Below, piece by piece: positions 1-11,092 of a stretch of DNA of 64,000 nucleotides. The notes beneath the pieces are model-generated. The model was not told the DNA's origin. It made no database searches and worked only from the letters and a program-made list of their open reading frames with translations. The position numbers and the translations under genes were made by a program. Where the stretch lies: assembly GCF_056746865.1 (NCBI RefSeq), contig NZ_CM163382.1; one strand, 5' to 3'. Within the stretch, counting starts at the first letter, position 1. Every line of letters starts with the position of its first letter.

Positions 1-2
1 GC

Positions 3-266
3 GCGCTGAGAAATACTGTGGCTAAGATTGGGGCGACAAGAAGTGGTAGGTATGCGATAGAGAAAGCCGTTCAGGAAGCTACAAAAGCAGTGCGCGCAGG
101 GGCATCACCAGCAGCGATCGCCGCAGCAGAGAAACGATTTTCGGCCAATAAAATTGCCATGAAAGCAATTCGTGATGCCGTTGGGGCTGAAGAATTCGTG
201 AAACTGACAAGGGCCGGGATTGTAGCTACCCTCAGTGGCATGAAAGATGTTAGCGAATGGGAATAG
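3..266 (+). CDS. 3' end of an unidentified protein-coding gene (frame open to the left window edge)
   Basis: Frame 3 is open from nt 3 to the TAG at 264-266. The product is Ala/Lys-rich and no family is recognised. The GTG at 18 used in the ORF track is probably internal. Confidence 0.3.
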   Translation, partial: ALRNTVAKIGATRSGRYAIEKAVQEATKAVRAGASPAAIAAAEKRFSANKIAMKAIRDAVGAEEFVKLTRAGIVATLSGMKDVSEWE

Positions 267-416
267 ACGCTCTAACTAACAAAACCATAATAGCCAAGGA
301 CGGCATACTGATATTGAGCCAACTATCAAAATTCCATATCACATTACGGGCCTGTGGCTTACATTCGCTTACAGTGATGATAATTTATAACCACGCAATT
401 CTTAGGTGAGATTATC

Positions 417-1115
417 ATGATTAAAAATCTTCTTTTAATATTATCCCTGTCATTATTGGCTGGATGCGTACAAAAACCGTTAGTAACGGTCAATGCTTTA
501 TCTTCCGGGCAATCTGTCGGTAAGAAGTTCTTGATCATCCCCGCAAGCCAAGAACTTTGGAACACCAAACAGATTGAATACACTCAAATAGCTACGGTAG
601 TAGCCGCCAGTTTATCAAGCCAAGGATATACACAAGTTAAAGATGAAAAATTGGCTGACCAGGTAATTCTCTTGAACTTTTTGAGAAGCGGGGCCATTTC
701 AAATACTCGTAATGTAACCATCCCAATATACGGGCAAACTGGTGTGAGCTCAGCAACAACGTACGGAAACTCGAACACCACGTTCAATAGTTATGGTGGT
801 GGCTACGGTACAGCTAATACCACTGGAACGGCAACAACAGTTTATACGCCTACTTATGGAATTACTGGCGCGTATAACACAACTGTGACGGACACGTTCT
901 ACGGCGCAGGGGTGATACTCCAGTCGTTTGATGCCAAGGCTTATCTCAATAATAGGCAGATTAATATGTTATGGAAAGTTGGTAGCTCAGTCGTCTCGCA
1001 ACAGTCTGATGGAATTGCTGATTACAAGGGGTTGGCGAGAATAGCCGCTAGCTATGCCGGGAAAAATACAGAAGGTGATATAACTTTTAATGTTGACCCT
1101 AAAGCACCAAATTAA
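417..1115 (+). CDS. putative lipoprotein of an accessory island
   Basis: The N-terminus MIKNLLLILSLSLLAGC has a hydrophobic signal plus an L-L-A-G-C lipobox. The central region is rich in Gly/Thr/Tyr/Asn. A hairpin terminator follows directly. Not a K-12 core gene that I recognise. Confidence 0.65.
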   Translation: MIKNLLLILSLSLLAGCVQKPLVTVNALSSGQSVGKKFLIIPASQELWNTKQIEYTQIATVVAASLSSQGYTQVKDEKLADQVILLNFLRSGAISNTRNVTIPIYGQTGVSSATTYGNSNTTFNSYGGGYGTANTTGTATTVYTPTYGITGAYNTTVTDTFYGAGVILQSFDAKAYLNNRQINMLWKVGSSVVSQQSDGIADYKGLARIAASYAGKNTEGDITFNVDPKAPN

Positions 1116-1122
1116 CTAATAA

Positions 1123-1144
1123 GCCCGGTACGCCGGGCATTTAT
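1123..1144 (+). terminator. hairpin terminator after the lipoprotein gene
   Basis: GCCCGG-tacg-CCGGGC stem-loop followed by ATTTAT, 8 nt after the stop codon. Confidence 0.5.
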
Positions 1145-1180
1145 GCCCCTATTATTCATGAATCGCTTTTTCTAGAAGGT

Positions 1181-1441
1181 ATGCGACAAACGTTAAGTGA
1201 CATTGCCTACACATTCGGGGCGGGATTTCAAATCCGCTCCCAGTTGATGGGGGGCGTTACAGTACGCGCATATCCGCTTTATGTGAAACAGGAAGATTTT
1301 TCTGATATCACTGCCACAGCAAAACACCAATTTCGTGACCAGTACGCGCGCGAGGGGCATCAGTTGCAAAAAGTTTTGCAACTGCGTCCGACCAGTACAC
1401 ACACGATGGCGGTGGATACCATAAAACTGTTCTCTACATGA
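1181..1441 (+). CDS. hypothetical protein (possibly a gene fragment)
   Basis: Only an 86-aa ORF supports this call. No family is recognised and no clear RBS is seen. Confidence 0.25.
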   Translation: MRQTLSDIAYTFGAGFQIRSQLMGGVTVRAYPLYVKQEDFSDITATAKHQFRDQYAREGHQLQKVLQLRPTSTHTMAVDTIKLFST

Positions 1442-1665
1442 GACAGAGTGGTGGTGATGTGTTGATTATCGGCGTATATGCGCACAGGTCGCGCTATGAC
1501 GATGTTTTATGCGGGTACACCAATCACATGTATCTGATGTGATAAATCGCGTTACATGACCTCTCTGTTGTGCTGGTGGTTATCACGACGTTCTGAATCT
1601 GGCTTTTGTCTGATATTTTGCGACAAGTACGCGCGCGTAGCATCGACAGCATACACATTGGATAT

Positions 1666-1887
1666 TCATTTTGTGACCAATGCGATAAGTAGCGGGATAA
1701 GCATTGATAAAATCAACAGGCCGATGATCCACTTTTGATTTTCACTGGCCTTATCTCTATTTTCATCAATCTTATCCATAATTCGACGCTCCAAGCCGTG
1801 CATATCACCGCGAATGGCAATTATCTCATTGCGAACATCCGAGAAGTGGTTGGCTTGATGTTCAATGTGTGGCGTTCTGCCTTTCAT
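1666..1887 (-). CDS. small tail-anchored membrane protein (charged helical N-terminus, single C-terminal TM)
   Basis: The 73-aa product ends in WIIGLLILSMLIPLLIALVTK, preceded by a charged helical segment. This architecture resembles small phage or island membrane proteins. The family assignment is not secure. Confidence 0.4.
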   Translation of the reverse strand: MKGRTPHIEHQANHFSDVRNEIIAIRGDMHGLERRIMDKIDENRDKASENQKWIIGLLILSMLIPLLIALVTK

Positions 1888-1966
1888 GCCTGATCCTCAC
1901 CCATCGTCACCACCTGCTGGTGTATAAAGGTATTGGCCCAAGCAGCTTTCCAATGGGCACTCATGT

Positions 1967-2422
1967 TTATACGCTGACCTTACAATCAATCACCGCTTTT
2001 AACTTTTCAGCATTGCTTCCCTGACGCTTCCACGCGCTGTAAATATCTTTATCCCACGCTTTACCAGCTTTTGTTTGATAGCCTGCTTCATTGATCCGTT
2101 CAGCTATCACACGCCCATTATCAAATCCCTGTTGGATGGTATCGGCAATGATCTTTATAACTGCCGTTTCGTTATATGGCTTTGGTGGGATGTTCGACTT
2201 TCCGGCAATAAGCGACGCAGCGGCTTTTTCCATGCGCTCCACCAGCCCAAGCATTCGTGAATCAATAGACTTTTCCGGCTGTCCCAGCTTCATGCGAATC
2301 GCATCAACAAGCCAGGAGGTTTTATCCCCTCCAGAAGCGAGAACAGACCGATTAAACTCATCCTGCAATTCAGATGGGATGCGGAACGCGACCAGATTAG
2401 ATTTGCTCATTGCAAAGACCAT
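1967..2422 (-). CDS. hypothetical protein, possible ribbon-helix-helix-type N-terminus
   Basis: The 151-aa ORF has an N-terminal SKSNLVAFRIPSELQDEFNRSV segment that looks like a beta-strand plus helix of RHH regulators. It is divergent from the PerC-like gene across the iteron array. An alternative ATG lies at 2410. Confidence 0.4.
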   Translation of the reverse strand: MVFAMSKSNLVAFRIPSELQDEFNRSVLASGGDKTSWLVDAIRMKLGQPEKSIDSRMLGLVERMEKAAASLIAGKSNIPPKPYNETAVIKIIADTIQQGFDNGRVIAERINEAGYQTKAGKAWDKDIYSAWKRQGSNAEKLKAVIDCKVSV

Positions 2423-2523
2423 ATCAGTGAGTAATATCCATACAGTATACCACTGTATAACACTGTTATACGCTCAAATATCAGCCAGAAAATAACGAAC
2501 CAATCACAAATCTATCGCTGTGT

Positions 2524-2645
2524 TGTTGGTTCAGAGCTGGGCTGTGTTGGTTCAAAATGAGTTGATGTTGGTTCAATATTTTAGAAAAAACGCAATAAAA
2601 ACAACGATCTTTACAAATTGAACCAACTGAACCAACTGAACCAAC
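2524..2645. repeat. iteron-like array: 3x TGTTGGTTCA at exact 21-bp spacing, an AT-rich spacer, then 3x inverted TGAACCAAC in head-to-tail tandem
   Basis: Direct copies lie at 2524-2533, 2545-2554 and 2566-2575. Inverted copies lie at 2619-2627, 2628-2636 and 2637-2645. All six copies are perfect. Confidence 0.9.
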
Positions 2646-2681
2646 ACCTTTTTGCTTATCTATATAATCTGAGAGGCAGAA

Positions 2682-2969
2682 ATGATAAGGGACAGGAAAG
2701 CTGAAGAGCTGGAGTCAAAAGGGCTATACCGGAGAGCTGCCGCACGATGGGCAGAAGTCATGATGCTGGCAGATGGCGATAAAGAACGTGAACATGCAGC
2801 AAACAGACGCTCTGAATGTATCCGTAAGGCGGCACGCCCACCAGCAACTACAGACAAATTCGGAGATTTAAGACAGGCAGTTAAGCGGACTCATTCGGCT
2901 CTTGGTATGGATGAGGAAGCGAGAGGGTACTTCAGGCGTTATCGCGATAAAGATTGCCAGAGACAGTAA
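2682..2969 (+). CDS. PerC/Pch-family transcriptional activator-like protein
   Basis: The 95-aa product contains KAEELESKGLYRRAAARWAEVMMLADGDKEREHAANRRSECIRKA, the LExxGLxRRAAxRWxxVM...RR..C signature I associate with PerC/Pch proteins. A TATAAT lies at 2663-2668 and GAGAGG is the RBS. Confidence 0.65.
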   Translation: MIRDRKAEELESKGLYRRAAARWAEVMMLADGDKEREHAANRRSECIRKAARPPATTDKFGDLRQAVKRTHSALGMDEEARGYFRRYRDKDCQRQ

Positions 2970-3456
2970 TGCTCTATCTGTTTTGGCAAATTACCCCTCA
3001 CTTTGAAGGGATCGGAGCTATAAAAATGGTGTTATCCGGCTTCCTGCATTGCAGGTTTTCGAAAAAATCAATGGGTTAGGTCATCGTGCAAATTTGCACT
3101 CTGCCAGCCAACGCAATTTCTCGTTGGCGAAAATATCAGGTATTTACTGATTCTGCCGCCTCACAAGGATGCGAGAACCTTATAAAACCTAATATCGCAG
3201 AGCTTAATTGTGTACAGCAATTTCACGAGCAATACGCGCGCGCAGGACAACAAGCCTGAACATGGTTACACACCTCGATCGTGAGGGATGTAGGCAATGG
3301 CTTCTGACCAAAGCACCCGAAAAAACCGTGTACATAAGGGTGTACATAATCAAAAATCGCATTAGGAAGAAACCAGATACAATGCGGCATTGAAGCCAAT
3401 ACTCTACAAACAGATCCAAACTCGTAACGCCAATTCTTCCTTTTCAGCCTTCACAA

Positions 3457-3488
3457 ATGCCGCCCACTCAAACAGAGCGGCATTTTTC
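3457..3488 (+). terminator. orphan rho-independent terminator upstream of dinD
   Basis: ATGCCGC-13 nt loop-GCGGCAT followed by TTTTT. No convincing gene ends just upstream of it. Confidence 0.5.
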
Positions 3489-3578
3489 CTCCCCGCAACA
3501 TTCAATTCTGTTTTGCGTGCCTGCTCCAGATTTTGCGATGTTTTTTTGCCCAGCGCAGTGAGAACGTGAGATACTTAC

Positions 3579-3598
3579 AACTGTATATAAACACAGTT
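3579..3598 (+). promoter_or_regulatory. LexA (SOS) box of dinD
   Basis: AACTGTATATAAACACAGTT fits CTG-N10-CAG with a TA-rich centre and ends 44 nt before the dinD ATG. dinD is a known SOS gene. Confidence 0.85.
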
Positions 3599-3641
3599 GT
3601 AGACTTACTTTCCTTGCAATCGATATCACATGGAGTGGGCA

Positions 3642-4466
3642 ATGAACGAACATCATCAACCTTTTGAAGAGATAAAGCTGATTAATGCAAACGGAGCAGA
3701 ACAATGGTCAGCAAGACAACTTGGAAAACTACTGGGTTATTCAGAGTATCGTCACTTTATACCTGTATTAACGCGCGCCAAAGAAGCTTGTCTGAATAGT
3801 GGTCACACAATTGATGACCATTTCGAGGAGATCCTCGATATGGTCAAAATTGGCTCAAATGCCAAAAGAGCATTAAAAGACATCGTACTCTCCCGCTATG
3901 CCTGTTACCTGGTAGTACAAAACGGCGACCCTGCGAAACCGGTTATTGCGGCAGGGCAAACTTATTTTGCTATCCAGACCCGACGGCAGGAGCTGGCTGA
4001 CGATGAAGCTTTCAGGCAACTTCGTGAAGACGAAAAGCGTCTTTTTCTGAGAAATGAGTTGAAAGAACATAACAAACAATTAGTTGAGGCAGCGCAGCAA
4101 GCTGGGGTAGCGACAGCTATCGATTTCGCCATATTTCAGAATCATGGTTACCGGGGACTGTATGGTGGATTAGATCAGAAAGCTATCCATCAGCGGAAGG
4201 GGCTGAAAAAGAGTCAGAAGATCCTGGATCATATGGGTTCAACAGAACTGGCGGCTAATCTCTTTCGAGCTACCCAAACAGAAGAAAAACTCAAGCGGGA
4301 TGGCGTGAATTCAAAACAGCAAGCTAACACCACACACTTTGACGTGGGTAGCAAGGTGAGGCAAACCATTCAGGAACTTGGCGGAACCATGCCTGAGGAG
4401 TTGCCGACCTCGCAGGTCAGCATCAAGCAGTTGGAAAACAGTGTAAAAATTACAGAGAAGAAATAG
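3642..4466 (+). CDS. dinD: DNA damage-inducible protein D
   Basis: The product MNEHHQPFEEIKLINANGAEQWSARQLGKLLGYSEYRHF... is recognised as E. coli DinD. The ATG at 3642 was chosen over 3630 to match the DinD N-terminus. Confidence 0.93.
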   Translation: MNEHHQPFEEIKLINANGAEQWSARQLGKLLGYSEYRHFIPVLTRAKEACLNSGHTIDDHFEEILDMVKIGSNAKRALKDIVLSRYACYLVVQNGDPAKPVIAAGQTYFAIQTRRQELADDEAFRQLREDEKRLFLRNELKEHNKQLVEAAQQAGVATAIDFAIFQNHGYRGLYGGLDQKAIHQRKGLKKSQKILDHMGSTELAANLFRATQTEEKLKRDGVNSKQQANTTHFDVGSKVRQTIQELGGTMPEELPTSQVSIKQLENSVKITEKK

Positions 4467-4756
4467 CAGAAACTAAAAACTCTTTTTGTTGATTGAGATA
4501 CCCGATGCGTAAGCCAAAGTCCAGGTGCGGTGAACACAATGGCTAACATTGCACCTTTCTTTTCCACCCCTCAGTTTTAACCTACTTTTTCTTATGTATT
4601 TTCTCAGACAAGAAGTCAGAAGAATGCATCTACGCTACAGAAAACAACGATTTCACATAACTAAAAATTATCAATTTCCTCTCACCTTAAAAAATCTCAA
4701 TCGTGACAATGCGTACAAATCGCTACCCTGCCAGACAGATTTTTAGGGAGATAACC

Positions 4757-7145
<2,389 letters not shown>

Positions 7146-7146
7146 G

Positions 7147-7934
<788 letters not shown>

Positions 7935-7988
7935 ACCTGATTTCAGTATCATGCCCAGTCATTTCTTCACCTGTGGAGCTTTTTAAGT

Positions 7989-8264
7989 ATGGCACGCGTA
8001 ACTGTTCAGGACGCTGTAGAGAAAATTGGTAACCGTTTTGACCTGGTACTGGTCGCCGCGCGTCGCGCTCGTCAGATGCAGGTAGGCGGAAAGGATCCGC
8101 TGGTACCGGAAGAAAACGATAAAACCACTGTAATCGCGCTGCGCGAAATCGAAGAAGGTCTGATCAACAACCAGATCCTCGACGTTCGCGAACGCCAGGA
8201 ACAGCAAGAGCAGGAAGCCGCTGAATTACAAGCCGTTACCGCTATTGCTGAAGGTCGTCGTTAA
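7989..8264 (+). CDS. rpoZ: RNA polymerase omega subunit
   Basis: The 91-aa product [31 protein letters not shown]... matches RpoZ. Confidence 0.97.
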
Positions 8265-8282
8265 TCACAAAGCGGGTCGCCC

Positions 8283-10391
8283 TTGTATCTGTTTGAAAGC
8301 CTGAATCAACTGATTCAAACCTACCTGCCGGAAGACCAAATCAAGCGTCTGCGGCAGGCGTATCTCGTTGCACGTGATGCTCACGAGGGGCAAACACGTT
8401 CAAGCGGTGAACCCTATATCACGCACCCGGTGGCGGTTGCCTGCATTCTGGCCGAGATGAAACTCGACTATGAAACGCTGATGGCGGCGCTGCTGCATGA
8501 CGTGATTGAAGACACACCCGCCACCTACCAGGACATGGAACAGCTTTTTGGTAAAAGCGTCGCCGAGCTGGTAGAGGGGGTGTCGAAACTTGATAAGCTC
8601 AAGTTCCGCGATAAGAAAGAGGCGCAGGCCGAAAACTTTCGCAAGATGATTATGGCGATGGTGCAGGATATCCGCGTCATTCTCATCAAACTTGCCGACC
8701 GTACCCACAACATGCGCACGCTGGGCTCACTTCGCCCGGACAAACGTCGCCGCATCGCCCGTGAAACACTCGAAATTTACAGCCCGCTGGCGCACCGTTT
8801 AGGTATCCACCACATTAAAACCGAACTCGAAGAGCTGGGTTTTGAGGCGCTGTATCCCAACCGTTATCGCGTAATCAAAGAAGTGGTGAAAGCCGCGCGC
8901 GGCAACCGTAAAGAGATGATCCAGAAGATTCTTTCTGAAATCGAAGGGCGTTTGCAGGAAGCGGGAATACCGTGCCGCGTCAGTGGTCGCGAAAAGCATC
9001 TTTATTCGATCTACTGCAAAATGGTGCTCAAAGAGCAGCGTTTTCACTCAATCATGGACATCTACGCTTTCCGCGTGATCGTCAATGATTCCGACACCTG
9101 TTATCGCGTGCTCGGGCAAATGCATAGCCTGTACAAGCCGCGTCCGGGTCGCGTGAAAGACTACATCGCCATTCCAAAAGCGAACGGCTATCAGTCTTTG
9201 CACACCTCGATGATTGGCCCGCACGGCGTGCCGGTTGAGGTCCAGATCCGTACCGAAGATATGGATCAGATGGCAGAGATGGGTGTTGCCGCGCACTGGG
9301 CTTATAAAGAGCACGGCGAAACCAGCACCACCGCACAAATCCGCGCCCAGCGCTGGATGCAAAGCCTGCTGGAGCTGCAACAGAGTGCCGGTAGCTCGTT
9401 TGAATTTATCGAGAGCGTTAAATCCGATCTCTTCCCGGATGAGATTTACGTTTTCACACCGGAAGGGCGCATTGTAGAGCTGCCTGCCGGTGCAACGCCC
9501 GTCGACTTCGCTTATGCGGTGCATACCGATATCGGTCATGCCTGCGTGGGCGCGCGTGTCGACCGTCAGCCTTACCCGCTGTCGCAGCCGCTTACCAGCG
9601 GTCAAACCGTTGAAATCATTACCGCACCGGGCGCTCGCCCGAATGCCGCGTGGCTGAACTTTGTCGTCAGCTCGAAAGCGCGCGCAAAAATTCGTCAGTT
9701 GCTGAAAAACCTCAAGCGTGATGATTCTGTTAGTCTGGGCCGTCGTCTGCTCAACCATGCGTTGGGGGGTAGCCGTAAGCTCAATGAAATCCCGCAGGAA
9801 AATATTCAGCGCGAGCTGGATCGCATGAAGCTGGCTACGCTTGACGATCTGCTGGCTGAAATCGGCCTTGGTAACGCAATGAGCGTGGTGGTCGCGAAAA
9901 ATCTGCAACATGGGGACGCCTCCATTCCACCGGCAACCCAAAGTCACGGACATCTGCCCATTAAAGGTGCCGATGGCGTGCTGATCACCTTTGCGAAATG
10001 CTGCCGCCCTATTCCTGGCGACCCGATTATCGCCCACGTCAGCCCCGGTAAAGGTCTGGTGATCCACCATGAATCCTGCCGTAACATCCGTGGCTACCAG
10101 AAAGAGCCAGAGAAGTTTATGGCTGTGGAATGGGATAAAGAGACGGCGCAGGAGTTCATCACCGAAATCAAGGTGGAGATGTTCAATCATCAGGGCGCGC
10201 TGGCAAACCTGACAGCGGCAATTAACACCACCACCTCGAATATTCAAAGTTTGAATACGGAAGAGAAAGATGGTCGCGTCTACAGCGCCTTTATTCGTCT
10301 GACCGCCCGTGACCGTGTGCATCTGGCGAATATCATGCGCAAAATCCGCGTGATGCCAGACGTGATTAAAGTCACCCGAAACCGAAATTAA
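8283..10391 (+). CDS. spoT: bifunctional (p)ppGpp synthetase/hydrolase SpoT
   Basis: The 702-aa product MYLFESLNQLIQTYLPEDQIKRLRQAY... has HD, RelA/SpoT, TGS and ACT regions. It uses the TTG start, as SpoT does in K-12. Confidence 0.97.
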   Translation: MYLFESLNQLIQTYLPEDQIKRLRQAYLVARDAHEGQTRSSGEPYITHPVAVACILAEMKLDYETLMAALLHDVIEDTPATYQDMEQLFGKSVAELVEGVSKLDKLKFRDKKEAQAENFRKMIMAMVQDIRVILIKLADRTHNMRTLGSLRPDKRRRIARETLEIYSPLAHRLGIHHIKTELEELGFEALYPNRYRVIKEVVKAARGNRKEMIQKILSEIEGRLQEAGIPCRVSGREKHLYSIYCKMVLKEQRFHSIMDIYAFRVIVNDSDTCYRVLGQMHSLYKPRPGRVKDYIAIPKANGYQSLHTSMIGPHGVPVEVQIRTEDMDQMAEMGVAAHWAYKEHGETSTTAQIRAQRWMQSLLELQQSAGSSFEFIESVKSDLFPDEIYVFTPEGRIVELPAGATPVDFAYAVHTDIGHACVGARVDRQPYPLSQPLTSGQTVEIITAPGARPNAAWLNFVVSSKARAKIRQLLKNLKRDDSVSLGRRLLNHALGGSRKLNEIPQENIQRELDRMKLATLDDLLAEIGLGNAMSVVVAKNLQHGDASIPPATQSHGHLPIKGADGVLITFAKCCRPIPGDPIIAHVSPGKGLVIHHESCRNIRGYQKEPEKFMAVEWDKETAQEFITEIKVEMFNHQGALANLTAAINTTTSNIQSLNTEEKDGRVYSAFIRLTARDRVHLANIMRKIRVMPDVIKVTRNRN

Positions 10392-10397
10392 TGTTTT

Positions 10398-11087
10398 ATG
10401 AACCCAACACGTTATGCACGCATCTGCGAAATGCTCGCCAGGCGGCAGCCTGATCTGACCGTCTGCATGGAGCAGGTCCACAAACCTCATAACGTTTCTG
10501 CGATTATTCGTACTGCAGATGCCGTTGGCGTACATGAAGTTCATGCTGTCTGGCCTGGCAGTCGGATGCGCACCATGGCTTCGGCAGCTGCGGGTAGTAA
10601 CAGCTGGGTACAGGTGAAAACGCACCGCACCATTGGCGATGCCGTCGCTCATCTGAAAGGCCAGGGCATGCAGATTCTGGCAACCCATCTTTCTGATAAC
10701 GCTGTCGATTTCCGCGAAATTGATTACACTCGCCCGACCTGTATTTTGATGGGACAGGAGAAAACAGGCATCACGCAGGAAGCGTTGGCCCTGGCGGATC
10801 GGGACATCATCATTCCGATGATTGGCATGGTGCAATCGCTGAATGTTTCCGTTGCCTCAGCCCTCATTCTTTACGAAGCCCAGCGCCAGCGGCAAAATGC
10901 GGGCATGTACCTGCGTGAAAACAGCATGTTGCCGGAAGCAGAGCAACAACGCCTGCTGTTTGAAGGCGGCTATCCGGTGCTGGCGAAAGTCGCAAAACGC
11001 AAAGGCCTGCCTTACCCCCACGTCAATCAGCAGGGCGAAATTGAAGCCGATGCCGACTGGTGGGCCACTATGCAAGCTGCAGGGTAA
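10398..11087 (+). CDS. trmH: tRNA (Gm18) 2'-O-methyltransferase
   Basis: The 229-aa product MNPTRYARICEMLARRQPDLTVCMEQVHKPHNVSAIIRTADAVGV... matches TrmH (SpoU). Confidence 0.95.
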   Translation: MNPTRYARICEMLARRQPDLTVCMEQVHKPHNVSAIIRTADAVGVHEVHAVWPGSRMRTMASAAAGSNSWVQVKTHRTIGDAVAHLKGQGMQILATHLSDNAVDFREIDYTRPTCILMGQEKTGITQEALALADRDIIIPMIGMVQSLNVSVASALILYEAQRQRQNAGMYLRENSMLPEAEQQRLLFEGGYPVLAKVAKRKGLPYPHVNQQGEIEADADWWATMQAAG

Positions 11088-11092
11088 GTACC

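Noticed and set aside
318-336. CTATCAAAATTCCATATCA, which partially resembles the TATCAA-N5-GCTCAT box.
   Set aside because: Only the TATCAA half and the A/T spacer match, and the second hexamer (GCTCAT) is absent. A half-site in AT-rich DNA is not significant.
1344-1639. A repeated 16-17-nt string GAC(C/A)AGTACGCGCGCG at about 1341-1355 and 1625-1639 in the left-hand island.
   Set aside because: It could mark remnants of a duplicated gene fragment (D-Q/K-Y-A-R in two ORFs). With only two short copies and no further similarity, I cannot distinguish this from chance.
4549-4746. A 65-aa ORF between dinD and yicG, and the extended yicG start at 4703.
   Set aside because: There is no RBS. The region is the yicG promoter and leader. 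The YicG N-terminus matches the ATG at 4757, which has a GGGAG RBS.
9048-10835. A 595-aa ORF on the minus strand spanning spoT and trmH.
   Set aside because: It is entirely antisense to two well-identified, highly conserved genes. The product is Arg/His/Gly-rich with no recognisable motifs. This is a typical shadow ORF of GC-rich coding sequence.
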